DNA of 64,000 nt from a virus. The stretch lies in UHGV virus genome UHGV-0312576. One strand, 5' to 3'. The notes beneath the pieces are model-generated. The model did not search any database. It was not told where the DNA came from and saw only the letters and a list, made by a program, of their open reading frames with translations. Of this stretch, positions 46,616 to 55,892 are shown piece after piece (position 1 is the first letter of the stretch; each line of letters starts with the position of its first letter). The translations under genes were made by a program, and so were the position numbers.

Positions 46616-47204
46616 TGATTGGAAAAGGGTAAAGAATCATTGTAGAACTACTGACAATAAAGATTTTACGGAAAATAATGTAAATGACGAATTTAAGAAA
46701 AAGCTTTTGATTTCAGAACATTCACCGATTCGTCTGCTTGAATTTGATTGGTCGTGGAAGGGTATAAAATATTGGGTATCAACGGAGTGGTCGCGTCATC
46801 GCTTTGAAAAATTTATTAGCAGCCAGAGAGATGACCGCTTAAAAGATGGTACATCAAGAGATAAGAAAACTCAGGATGCTCTAGTTAACTTTGATGGGTA
46901 CGCTAATATGCAAAATCTTATTGATACATGGAGGAAGCGTTTGTGTTTTCAGGCCACAAGAGAGGCAAGAGAACTGGCAGAAGATTTTAAATGCGAACTA
47001 CAAAAAACTCATCCGTTGGAAGCTAATGTTTTGGTTCCGAATTGTATATATCGCTTAGGGTGTCCAGAATTTAAACCATGTGGACTTTATGATGAATTTT
47101 ACACCTGGTGTTTTGAAAATAGAGAAAAGTCTGTAGGCGATATGACAATACAGGAACGATACGACCTATATAATATTTTCTATAATATGAAGGCGGGTGA
47201 TTAA
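46587..47204 (+). CDS. ThyX-like flavin-dependent thymidylate synthase (short form).
   Basis: RHR-x6/7-S-x-R motif (SRHRFEKFISSQR). Context of dNMP kinase, nucleotidase, NrdDG and dUTPase genes. Confidence 0.5.
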   Translation: MKTIFNTILDDWKRVKNHCRTTDNKDFTENNVNDEFKKKLLISEHSPIRLLEFDWSWKGIKYWVSTEWSRHRFEKFISSQRDDRLKDGTSRDKKTQDALVNFDGYANMQNLIDTWRKRLCFQATREARELAEDFKCELQKTHPLEANVLVPNCIYRLGCPEFKPCGLYDEFYTWCFENREKSVGDMTIQERYDLYNIFYNMKAGD

Positions 47205-47786
47205 ATGTTAACAATAATTACTGGGAAATCAGGAGCGGGAAAGTCAACAATTGTAAAAGAGTTGGAGAAATACGGCTTTCACCCAGTCTTGACTACAACC
47301 ACCAGACCTAAGAGGGAGAAAGAAATACAGAATGTTGATTATCATTTTGTATCCGAAGAAGAATTTTTAGAGAAAATTGATCAGAATTACTTTGCTGAAT
47401 ATAAGGTTTATAAAACAGAATTAGGAATATGGTATTACGGGTCAGCTAGAGAAAATATAGAGAGTGCTGGCGAAAAGGATATTATCATACTTACGCCAGA
47501 AGGTTATAGAGATGTGGTTAAAGAGTATCCCAGCTTGGAGTACCGATTGGTCTATATCTATGCCAATAATCAGACCATTAAAAATCGACTGATGAAACGT
47601 GGAGACAAAAAAGAAGAAGTTGATCGGCGGCTCCGCCAAGACTACGAAGACTTTAAGGGAGTGGAAAATTTAGCACATAGAATTGTTTACAACAATGAGA
47701 ATGATAAACTGTGTGATGTTGTAAACAAGATCAGAAAGTATTTAGAGGTAAATTTTGAACATGCAGAAACCAAAACTAATTCTTGA
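47205..47786 (+). CDS. Guanylate kinase-like (d)NMP kinase.
   Basis: P-loop ITGKSGAGKST followed by the TTTRPKR motif (the S/TTRxPR of guanylate kinases). Confidence 0.55.
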   Translation: MLTIITGKSGAGKSTIVKELEKYGFHPVLTTTTRPKREKEIQNVDYHFVSEEEFLEKIDQNYFAEYKVYKTELGIWYYGSARENIESAGEKDIIILTPEGYRDVVKEYPSLEYRLVYIYANNQTIKNRLMKRGDKKEEVDRRLRQDYEDFKGVENLAHRIVYNNENDKLCDVVNKIRKYLEVNFEHAETKTNS

Positions 47787-48336
47787 TTTCGATGGTTGCA
47801 TAGTAAATTCAATCAAGGCCATTGTAGATTTATACAATGAAGATTTTCACTATTACGATAACTATAAGTTTGTTAATTGGTGGGATATAAATACATGGGA
47901 ATTTTCTGAATGTAGTTGCGCAAGTGGTGAATACATAAACCAATATTTTAATCAAGAACGTTTTTTTGATAGACTTGAATTTATGCCTTGGGCAAAAGAA
48001 GTAATTACAGTACTTGAAAAGATATATGATATAACGATAGTTTCACATGGATATCCGCCCAATTTAATTCTGAAGCAATTCTGGATCGAATCAAACTTTT
48101 CTGATCTAAAGTTTATTGGAGTTGACTTAAATAAATGCAATGACAAATCTTGTATTGATATGACTGGAGCCTCTTTTTTGGATGATAATGCTAAGAATTT
48201 GTATAGTAGCAATGCTAAGCATAAGATTTGTTTTGGAGAAGAATATGAGTGGAATCGTAATTGGAAAAATGAACGATTAGTTAATTGGTGTGATGTTTAT
48301 AGAAAGTTTGTAGGAGGTGAGATAAGAGAATTTTGA
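47761..48336 (+). CDS. HAD-superfamily 5'(3')-deoxyribonucleotidase-like protein.
   Basis: N-terminal LILDFDGCIV (DxDG motif I). Size about 190 aa. The track gives a TTG start at 47755. Confidence 0.45.
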   Translation: MQKPKLILDFDGCIVNSIKAIVDLYNEDFHYYDNYKFVNWWDINTWEFSECSCASGEYINQYFNQERFFDRLEFMPWAKEVITVLEKIYDITIVSHGYPPNLILKQFWIESNFSDLKFIGVDLNKCNDKSCIDMTGASFLDDNAKNLYSSNAKHKICFGEEYEWNRNWKNERLVNWCDVYRKFVGGEIREF

Positions 48337-48521
48337 TTACAACAAGCGGTATGTTAGCACGAGAGCTACATAAAGATGATGATTCCTTTCTGACGGTAAT
48401 GTTAGAAGGTAGAGAATATATTATTGAAAGTATTGGTAGGGTGCCAGATTTTGTTGATGCTCCTACATCACATAAGTGCCTAAATATTCGTGACGGCGGA
48501 GAGGGGCATATTAAACGATGA
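48333..48521 (+). CDS. Hypothetical protein (62 aa).
   Basis: ORF overlapping the previous stop. Confidence 0.3.
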   Translation: MITTSGMLARELHKDDDSFLTVMLEGREYIIESIGRVPDFVDAPTSHKCLNIRDGGEGHIKR

Positions 48522-48668
48522 TCAGAGAAGATAAAAAGCTACTCATTGAATTGATATGTAATGAACAGACAAAAATGATAGTAAAGGACCATACAAAATA
48601 TGAGTCTGATAAGTATAAGCACCTGGAGGAACTGAAGGTTAGAATAAAAAATATGTGAGGTAGATAAA

Positions 48669-50912
48669 ATGGTAAAAGTTTTAAAAAGAGATTGTTCAGA
48701 GGTGGATTTTGATAAAGCTAAAATCTCAAGAGCAATCATGAAAGCAATGAAAAATGGTGGTGTAATACAACCAAAGATTGCAGATACCATAGCAGATGAA
48801 ATTGAGAAATCTTGCTATAACGACGAAATGATAAGTATTTATGATATCGAGAATATGGTTTTCCAGAAGCTGATAGACAAAAAAGCTGTACTTACGGCAC
48901 AAGCGTATGAAGGATACCGAAAGACCAGAGAATTTCAGCGAGAAATGTCTAATACAACTGATGAAGAAATTCAAGAATTATTAGGTGGAATCAACGATTA
49001 CTGGAATAGCGAAAATTCAAATAAAAATCCAAGGTTGGTTACTACACAGCGTGACTATATGGCGGGCATTGTTAGTAAAGATATATCAAGGAGATTTTTA
49101 CTCCCTCCAGAAATTGTCCAGGCTCATGAAGAAGCGATACTTCATTTCCATGATATGGATTATTTTGCCCAGGCTACGCATAATTGTGATTTGCTAAATT
49201 TGGAAGATATGCTTCAGAATGGCACAGTTATCAGTGAAACATTAATAGAGAAACCGCATAGCTTTTCTACGGCATGTAATATTGCAACTCAGATTATTGC
49301 CCAGGTTGCATCGTCACAGTATGGAGGGCAAAGCATTTCCTTAGCACACTTGGCACCATTTGTTGATATTAGTAGACAGAAAATTAGAAAAAAAGTAGAG
49401 CATGAAGTGGATGCGTTACTCAAGTCAAATTCTGTTCGTAGCTATTTTAATTATCCTGATTATGTAGAAACGGTTACGAATGAACGCTTGATGGATGAGA
49501 TTAAGAAAGGAATCCAGACCATCCAATATCAGGTCATTACTTTGATGACTACCAATGGTCAGGCACCATTTTTAACGGTATATTTATATCTTAATGAAGC
49601 TAAGGATAAGCAAGAAAAGGCTGATTTGGCCTTACTTATTGAAGAAACATTAAAGCAACGTTGCCAAGGTGTGAAAAATGAACAAGGTATATGGATCACA
49701 CCAGCATTCCCTAAACTGATTTATGTCCTAGAGGAAGACAATGTTTCGGAAGATAGTAAGTATTGGTATTTGACTGAATTAGCCGCAAAATGTACAGCAA
49801 AGCGTATGGTTCCGGATTATGTCTCTGAAAAAGTAATGCTTGAACTGAAGGGAGATGTCTATACCCCAATGGGATGTAGGAGTTTCCTTACTCCAGACCG
49901 CTTCACAGAAAAAGGTGTCGGGAATATTGCAAAAGCAATGAATTATGAAGAAGGAAAACATAAATACTATGGCCGATTTAATCAGGGTGTAGTAACAATT
50001 AATCTGCCAGACATAGCCTTATCTTCGGGTGGCGATTTTGATAAATTCTGGGAACTATTTGAGGAAAGAACAGAACTTTGCCATAAAGCACTTCGTATTA
50101 GACACGAACACTTAAAAGGAACACCTTCAGATGTTGCTCCTATTCTTTGGAGATACGGGGCATTAGCACGATTAGACAAAGGTGAAACTATAGATAATCT
50201 TTTATATTATGGTTATTCAACTATTTCCTTAGGATATGCCGGATTATACGAATGTGTAAAGTATATGACTGGGAAGAGTCATAGTGATGAAGGTGAAGGA
50301 GAGGCTTTCGGACTTGCGGTAATGCAAGCTCTAAACGATAAATGTAACCACTGGAAAGAGAATGAAAATATTGATTATAGTGTTTATGGAACTCCATTGG
50401 AATCTACTACGTACAAATTTGCGCAAAAACTTCAGGAGCGTTTTGGTGTAATAGAAGGAATTACAGATAGAGATTATGTCACTAATTCTTATCATATTCC
50501 AGTATTTGAAAAGATTGATCCTTTTGAGAAATTACGTTTAGAGGCCAAATTTCAGAAATTAAGTCCTGGAGGAGCTATTTCATATATTGAAACATGCAAT
50601 ATGCAAGATAATATTCCTGCTGTGTTGGAGATTCTTAAGTTTATCTATAACAACATTATGTATGCTGAATTAAATACAAAGAGTGATTATTGTCAAGTAT
50701 GTGGATACGATGGTGAAATCCAGTTATTAGATATCGATGGAAAACTTGGTTGGAGATGCCCAAATTGTGGTAATGAGGATACTAATAAAATGAACGTTGC
50801 AAGACGTACCTGCGGATATATTGGAACTGCAACAAATGGGTGGAACCAAGGACGATTAGATGAATTTCAGAATAGGTATGTTCATGTAGATGATCATGCA
50901 ATAGAGAATTAG
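48669..50912 (+). CDS. nrdD: Anaerobic ribonucleoside-triphosphate reductase NrdD.
   Basis: ATP-cone-like N-terminus. C-terminal zinc ribbon CQVCGYDGE...CPNCGNED. Glycyl-radical motif RRTCGYIG. Confidence 0.9.
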   Translation: MVKVLKRDCSEVDFDKAKISRAIMKAMKNGGVIQPKIADTIADEIEKSCYNDEMISIYDIENMVFQKLIDKKAVLTAQAYEGYRKTREFQREMSNTTDEEIQELLGGINDYWNSENSNKNPRLVTTQRDYMAGIVSKDISRRFLLPPEIVQAHEEAILHFHDMDYFAQATHNCDLLNLEDMLQNGTVISETLIEKPHSFSTACNIATQIIAQVASSQYGGQSISLAHLAPFVDISRQKIRKKVEHEVDALLKSNSVRSYFNYPDYVETVTNERLMDEIKKGIQTIQYQVITLMTTNGQAPFLTVYLYLNEAKDKQEKADLALLIEETLKQRCQGVKNEQGIWITPAFPKLIYVLEEDNVSEDSKYWYLTELAAKCTAKRMVPDYVSEKVMLELKGDVYTPMGCRSFLTPDRFTEKGVGNIAKAMNYEEGKHKYYGRFNQGVVTINLPDIALSSGGDFDKFWELFEERTELCHKALRIRHEHLKGTPSDVAPILWRYGALARLDKGETIDNLLYYGYSTISLGYAGLYECVKYMTGKSHSDEGEGEAFGLAVMQALNDKCNHWKENENIDYSVYGTPLESTTYKFAQKLQERFGVIEGITDRDYVTNSYHIPVFEKIDPFEKLRLEAKFQKLSPGGAISYIETCNMQDNIPAVLEILKFIYNNIMYAELNTKSDYCQVCGYDGEIQLLDIDGKLGWRCPNCGNEDTNKMNVARRTCGYIGTATNGWNQGRLDEFQNRYVHVDDHAIEN

Positions 50913-50924
50913 GGGGAAACTACA

Positions 50925-51497
50925 TTGCGCTTTGCTCAGATACGCAACATGGACATCAGCAATGGAGAGGGTATAGGTGTTGCCCTCTTCGTCCAGGGTT
51001 GTCATTTTCATTGTCACAATTGTTTTAATTTTGAAACATGGGATTTTAAGGGTGGATCAGAATGGACCAAAGAAACAAAATTACAGTTTTTAGACCTTAT
51101 TAGCAAACCATTTGTTAAAAGGGTCAGTATTCTTGGTGGTGAACCATTGGCAGATGAAAATGTAGATGAAATTTGTATGTTGTTAAATGAAATCCGCTAT
51201 ACTTTTCGAGATAAAATCATTTGGTTGTATACAGGCTATACCTTCGAAGAATCATTTGATTATAGCTGGCAAGAAAAAGCAGACCTAAGGTTTAGTGAAA
51301 ATCCTTTAGAACGCAGATCGGATTTAATTAAAACATGTAGGCAAAATACCATTAAATTATGTGATGTGCTTATAGATGGAAAATATATGGACGATGAGCG
51401 AGATTTAAATCTTAAATGGTGTGGCAGTAAGAATCAAAGAGTTATTGATGTTCAAAAATCACTTCTTAACGGAGAAATAGTTTTATGGACAGCATGA
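50925..51497 (+). CDS. nrdG: Anaerobic RNR activating protein NrdG (radical SAM).
   Basis: CxxxCxxC motif GCHFHCHNC. Lies immediately downstream of nrdD. Confidence 0.8.
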   Translation: MRFAQIRNMDISNGEGIGVALFVQGCHFHCHNCFNFETWDFKGGSEWTKETKLQFLDLISKPFVKRVSILGGEPLADENVDEICMLLNEIRYTFRDKIIWLYTGYTFEESFDYSWQEKADLRFSENPLERRSDLIKTCRQNTIKLCDVLIDGKYMDDERDLNLKWCGSKNQRVIDVQKSLLNGEIVLWTA

Positions 51498-51638
51498 ATC
51501 AGAACTGTATGGCGTATTTCCAAGAGGAGGTACGCCAATATAAGATAATGTTAGATGGAGTATTAAGTAAAGAGTATAGAGAATATCTAATTAGGAAGTT
51601 ACTTATGTTCCAGTATGTTATAAATCTATTGAAGGAGT

Positions 51639-52004
51639 GTGGGAATGATAATACTAAAACTACATAATGATGTGACACCAGAGAAATTAATCAAGGCAGG
51701 ATTTCGGCAGCAATCAGAAAATAAGCTGCTCTTTAGAATGAGGGATCGACTTTATAAGGATACAATTTCACTATCAATCAAAATAGATTTGTCAAAGGAA
51801 CCAGATGAACAGATTGAGTGGTATGTGATTGATAACAATACTGGTATGAGCTATAGTACATTCTATTTTACACCAAATTCATGTAAGGATCTGGTAAGAG
51901 ATACGGTATATAGAACATTTCGTGAGGTATTAAACGAGTTAGATAAAAGAGAAGTATTGTATATGGATGGTGACGAAAATGGAAACAAGAATAGCAAAAT
52001 TTGA
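51639..52004 (+). CDS. Hypothetical protein (121 aa).
   Basis: ORF. RBS GAGTGTGGGA. Confidence 0.4.
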   Translation: MGMIILKLHNDVTPEKLIKAGFRQQSENKLLFRMRDRLYKDTISLSIKIDLSKEPDEQIEWYVIDNNTGMSYSTFYFTPNSCKDLVRDTVYRTFREVLNELDKREVLYMDGDENGNKNSKI

Positions 52005-52518
52005 AAAGGTATCAAGAGAACAATTTTATAAAGATATGGTTGAGTCTTTTGGTGTTCAATACGGATTACCTGAAGATGGATTTCTTGATGAAATTTACGA
52101 GAGAATCAAACTACCACAAAGAGCCACAATGGGTTCGGCTGGATATGATATTTTTACACCAGTACATATTATACTGGAGCCAGGTAAGACAATTAAAGTG
52201 CCGACTGGTATCAGATGTAGTATTAATCCGGGATGGTTTCTTGGTATTTTACCTCGTTCTGGCCATGGATTTAAATATGGAGTACGCCTTGCGAATACTT
52301 TTGGAATAATTGACTGTGACTATTTTTCATCTGATAATGAGGGACATATTTTTGTAAAGCTAGTCAATGATTCATGTATCTGTAAAACTGTAGACATACC
52401 AACATGGCAGGGGATGGCTCAGGGTATCTTTCTACCATTTGGAATCACTGTAGATGATGAGAGTAATACAGTACGAAATGGTGGTTTCGGGTCAACCGAC
52501 AGACATACTCCACAATAA
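51967..52518 (+). CDS. dut: dUTP pyrophosphatase (trimeric dUTPase; start may be 51979).
   Basis: Motif 2-like RSGHGFKYGVRLAN. Motif 3 GIIDCDYFSSDNEGHIF. Confidence 0.7.
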   Translation: MVTKMETRIAKFEKVSREQFYKDMVESFGVQYGLPEDGFLDEIYERIKLPQRATMGSAGYDIFTPVHIILEPGKTIKVPTGIRCSINPGWFLGILPRSGHGFKYGVRLANTFGIIDCDYFSSDNEGHIFVKLVNDSCICKTVDIPTWQGMAQGIFLPFGITVDDESNTVRNGGFGSTDRHTPQ

Positions 52519-52520
52519 AA

Positions 52521-52543
52521 AATAGGGTAATAATAACCCTATT
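52521..52543. terminator. Bidirectional hairpin AATAGGGT-aataata-ACCCTATT between convergent genes.
   Basis: Perfect 8-bp inverted repeat flanked by an A-run and a T-rich stretch. Confidence 0.5.
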
Positions 52544-52957
52544 TTACTGTTCAACTGATGATTTCTTCTGCAATTTTATATAGCTGTTAAGTTCTTTAGT
52601 CATAGTTTTAAAACTTCCTAGTCCAACCTGATAGCCATCTTTATCAATTATCCTAGCCATACTAGATAATGAATTTTTTTGAAGTACCCATCCATCAGTT
52701 TCACATAAAGTAAACCAATTTCCACCATTTACATCAACTTTTTTTCTTCTGGTAGGCATTTTGAATTTTACATTTTTTATGTTTTTAAGACTATCCGAGT
52801 TTTTTATGGCTATATTTTTAACTAGCTTGCCAATATTTGATGATAAAGAAGTTTTCATGGCAATTTCACAAGTTCTTTTCATCAAAGGAATACCTGTTGA
52901 AGCAGTAAATTTACCAGTTTCTTTTATCATATACCATCCAAGTCCAATATGTCCCAT
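52544..52957 (-). CDS. Minus-strand hypothetical protein (137 aa), inserted between the dUTPase and lysin genes.
   Basis: RBS AAGAAGGGGGATAT then ATG (reverse complement of 52958-52975). No recognisable domain. Confidence 0.45.
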   Translation of the reverse strand: MGHIGLGWYMIKETGKFTASTGIPLMKRTCEIAMKTSLSSNIGKLVKNIAIKNSDSLKNIKNVKFKMPTRRKKVDVNGGNWFTLCETDGWVLQKNSLSSMARIIDKDGYQVGLGSFKTMTKELNSYIKLQKKSSVEQ

Positions 52958-53031
52958 AATATCCCCCTTCTTTCATATATTATAACATATAAAGAGAAAT
53001 ATTAAAATAAAAAAGTAACAAAGGAGTATGT

Positions 53032-53721
53032 ATGAGTAGATTATTAACTACAGGGATAATCGCTTTATCTCTATCTTTAATCACGCCCATGGTAGCATGG
53101 GCAGAAGAAATTATAGAAACCGTTTCTATAACGGCACAGGTTGAAACAATGAAAGAAGCATTTACTGAGGCTTTAGAATCTAAAACAATGTATGCAAACA
53201 AAGCCGGAGTCAATATCCGGGAGAAGCCTGATATAGAATCAAGAATTATTGACCAGACCATGTTGAATACCTCGTTCGAAGTAATTGGCGAATATGACGG
53301 ATGGTCCATGATAACCACAGAAGATGGTTATGCATATGTCAAATCTGAGTATCTTTCTGATACAGAAATTGAACCCCCACAATATACGGAAAAAGATTTA
53401 TATATACTGGCTCATGTGATATGTGGCGAAGCACAGGGCTATTCTGGTGAGGAACAGCGCTATGTAGGCTCAGTTGTTATAAATAGAGTAAACCATCCCG
53501 AATTTCCAAACTCTATTGAGGATGTGGTATTCCAGAGAGGTCAGTATGCATGTGTAAGCGATGGAAATTACTATCGAGAGCCAACACCACAAAATTGGGC
53601 CAATGCGCAATGGCTGTTAGAAAACGGTAGTGTTTTGCCTAATAGTGTGATATGGCAATCAAAGGGAGAACAAGGGAGTGGGGTGTACCTAAAAACGAAA
53701 TGGCATAGCTATTGCTATTAA
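53032..53721 (+). CDS. Secreted cell wall hydrolase: signal peptide plus SH3-like domain plus SleB/CwlJ-type hydrolase domain (candidate lysin).
   Basis: Signal MSRLLTTGIIALSLSLITPMVAWA. SH3-like NKAGVNIREKPD...DGWSMITTEDGYAYV. SleB motifs ILAHVICGEAQGY...VGSVVINRVNHPEFPNSIEDVVFQRGQYACV. Confidence 0.65.
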   Translation: MSRLLTTGIIALSLSLITPMVAWAEEIIETVSITAQVETMKEAFTEALESKTMYANKAGVNIREKPDIESRIIDQTMLNTSFEVIGEYDGWSMITTEDGYAYVKSEYLSDTEIEPPQYTEKDLYILAHVICGEAQGYSGEEQRYVGSVVINRVNHPEFPNSIEDVVFQRGQYACVSDGNYYREPTPQNWANAQWLLENGSVLPNSVIWQSKGEQGSGVYLKTKWHSYCY

Positions 53722-53812
53722 TTATAGAAGAAAGAGGATTGTTTATAGCTATAATAATATGATAAGAAATAAAATAATGGAAGGTACTTGGCTACTGTAA
53801 TTTGATTAAAAA

Positions 53813-55177
53813 GTGGTGATGAGGATAAAAAAGAAAAAGTCTGAAATTATCGACCCATTGTCTTTTGATTCTTCAAGTGCTATGATAAACAGTATAGATA
53901 ATATACAGATATTATTAGCTAATATGAAAAAAGAAGAGGAATTAAGACAAAGGGCTAAGTATCTGCATGAACAACATTACAAAATATCAACATCCAAAAC
54001 AGGAAGCGTCATGACTTGGGTTTTTGACCCAAGTAAGGAGAATAACAGAAGAAAAATAAAAAAAACAACAATGGACGCTTTACTGGACGAATTAGTATCT
54101 ATTTATATAAAGGAAGGTGAGGCAGAGGATTATGTAGAAGAGCATCATGATATAATTGATGCACATTCCCAAGCTCAAAAAGAAGATACAAAACATAAGA
54201 CAATAACATTCCGGGAGTTTTATTCTGAATGGTTAAGTTATCAAGGGCTAGACCATGATGGGGCTACCATAGTAAGATATGATGTTGATTGGAATAAGTA
54301 TTACGTCAATGAACCTCTATCAAAGGATATCATTGATAATCCGATCAAGGATATTAAGCCAATCCAAATTAAAGTATGGGCGTATAAGCTTATTGAAAAG
54401 TACAAAATGACATCAACTAAGTATTATAATGTCTCAACAATACTTCGTCAGGGATTAGCTTTCGCTGCTTCTGAGGACATTGGAATTATTGACACATCAC
54501 CTTTTAAAGTGATAATCAAGAAGTCAGATAAAAAATTCAAGCATGCGAAAAAGCCTGAAAACAAAACTCAGGTATTTAATTTGGCGGTTCTAAAAAAATT
54601 AATTGACTTATGTTGGGAAGATTACAATGATAAGGATAAACAATATCTAACACCACTTGCAATATTATTTATGATAGAGACTGGGGTTAGGATAGGAGAG
54701 CTGTTGGGATTGTTTTGGAATGATGTTGAAGCTGATACTGTAAACATTAAACGACAGTATGGGCGTATTTATGATAATGGGGTTCTAGCTGGATACGATT
54801 TAAAAGAGTATACAAAATCTGAAGCGGGTGAACGTTCCATTCCATTGACCAATGAGGCAATCAAAATTCTTCAAGAAATTCGCAAGTATTATTTAAGGAA
54901 AGGTATCATTACGGAACGGATATTTGAGAAAGTTGGTTACTCGGCAACCAGAAATAAACTTTATAGGTATTGTGACAAGATGAACGAAATAAGAAAATCC
55001 AATCACAAAATCCGGAAGACATATGTTTCTCGCTTGCTTTACAACGGCCTATCAATAAATGATGTGAGAGAATTGGCCGGACATAACAGTGAGCAGACAA
55101 CGTTGCGTAACTATACTTTCGGCGTTGAGACTGATGAAGAATTGAAAACTCATGTCAAGGAAGCCTTAGCTTTATAA
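53813..55177 (+). CDS. int: Tyrosine-type site-specific integrase.
   Basis: C-terminal catalytic region GVRIGELLGL (R)... HKIRKTYVSRLL (HxxR) ... LAGHNSEQTTLRNYTF (catalytic Y). Confidence 0.85.
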   Translation: MVMRIKKKKSEIIDPLSFDSSSAMINSIDNIQILLANMKKEEELRQRAKYLHEQHYKISTSKTGSVMTWVFDPSKENNRRKIKKTTMDALLDELVSIYIKEGEAEDYVEEHHDIIDAHSQAQKEDTKHKTITFREFYSEWLSYQGLDHDGATIVRYDVDWNKYYVNEPLSKDIIDNPIKDIKPIQIKVWAYKLIEKYKMTSTKYYNVSTILRQGLAFAASEDIGIIDTSPFKVIIKKSDKKFKHAKKPENKTQVFNLAVLKKLIDLCWEDYNDKDKQYLTPLAILFMIETGVRIGELLGLFWNDVEADTVNIKRQYGRIYDNGVLAGYDLKEYTKSEAGERSIPLTNEAIKILQEIRKYYLRKGIITERIFEKVGYSATRNKLYRYCDKMNEIRKSNHKIRKTYVSRLLYNGLSINDVRELAGHNSEQTTLRNYTFGVETDEELKTHVKEALAL

Positions 55178-55391
55178 AAAACGTACCCAAACGTACCCAA
55201 ACTTTTGGTTTGGGGTGGGTACAGGACATTGGGAAAATGTTGAAAAAGTACGTAAATACGTTGTTTTTGAGTCTAGAAATGCGGATATGGAGCACGGGTT
55301 CGAATCCCGTATGCTCCATTGAAAAAAGTACGTAAAATGGAGGTTTTCTGTATATTATCTAAGCCGCATTTTTGAAAAACGTACCCAAACG
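55176..55391 (+). repeat. att-site-like repeat architecture in direct orientation: A (AAACGTACCCAAACGTACCCAAA) - B (TGAAAAAGTACGTAAA) - tRNA-type minihelix ATGGAGCACGGGTTCGAATCCCGTATGCTCCAT (55287-55319) - B - A. An 8-bp inverted pair AAATGCGG/CCGCATTT is also present.
   Basis: All repeats read directly. The minihelix is an acceptor-stem plus T-arm (TTCGAAT loop) lacking D and anticodon arms. It lies immediately 3' of the integrase gene. Confidence 0.55.
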
Positions 55392-55426
55392 TACCCAAAG
55401 ATTTTAATCGGACTTTTAGCTTTTAA

Positions 55427-55455
55427 AGTAGCCTTAAATGGCTACTTTTTTTGTC
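55427..55455 (+). terminator. Rho-independent terminator AGTAGCC-ttaaat-GGCTACT followed by TTTTTTT.
   Basis: Hairpin plus T-run read directly. Confidence 0.55.
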
Positions 55456-55548
55456 ATAAAATTTTTTATTTAGGCATATACTGGAAATATATGGACATAC
55501 TAATCATATCCATAGCAAATAGTATATACGTAAAAGGAGAACATAATT

Positions 55549-55794
55549 ATGGCACGAGGAGTAAGAAAAACACCACTTGAAAAATTACAGGCAGAGTTAT
55601 TAGAAGTACAGGCAACCATCGTACAGTATGAGAACTGCCTGAAAACGATGAAGGAAAAAGAAAAGTCCATTCAAGAACAGATTGAATTAGAAGAATTTAA
55701 GGAATTTAAATCCATGCTAGGCGACCAGGGGATGACCATGGATGACATCAAAGAATTAGTATCTTCACAGAATGATATTCAGCAGAGCGCTTAA
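55549..55794 (+). CDS. Small coiled-coil protein (81 aa).
   Basis: RBS AAAAGGAGAACATAATT then ATG. The terminator hairpin overlaps its stop codon. Confidence 0.5.
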   Translation: MARGVRKTPLEKLQAELLEVQATIVQYENCLKTMKEKEKSIQEQIELEEFKEFKSMLGDQGMTMDDIKELVSSQNDIQQSA

Positions 55795-55813
55795 TGGCGC
55801 TCTGTATTTTTTT
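55784..55813 (+). terminator. Rho-independent terminator AGAGCGC-ttaatg-GCGCTCT followed by GTATTTTTTT.
   Basis: Read directly. Confidence 0.65.
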
Positions 55814-55817
55814 ACCA

Positions 55818-55872
55818 TTGACACGAACATATGTTTGTGGTACCATATGATTAAGAAAAGAACAAGTGTTCT
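55818..55872 (+). promoter_or_regulatory. lexA promoter region: -35 TTGACA, Cheo-type SOS box CGAACATATGTTTG (55824-55837), and a second perfect GAAC-N4-GTTC box AGAACAAGTGTTCT (55859-55872).
   Basis: Matches the Gram-positive LexA box consensus CGAACRNRYGTTCG (one mismatch in the first box; the second is a perfect GAAC-N4-GTTC core). Confidence 0.6.
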
Positions 55873-55892
55873 GATTGGATGGAGGGTTCTGT

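Noticed and set aside
48539-48974. Minus-strand ORFs 48539-48790 and 48726-48974 overlapping the nrdD start.
   Set aside because: They lie antisense to the strongly supported nrdD gene and upstream leader. No RBS. Composition-driven.
1-55200. Presence of structural or packaging genes (capsid, portal, terminase, tail) in the window.
   Set aside because: No ORF showed terminase Walker/nuclease motifs or capsid/tail-length features. The phage part of the window appears to cover only early, replication, nucleotide-metabolism, lysin and integrase functions, so the morphogenesis module must lie outside.
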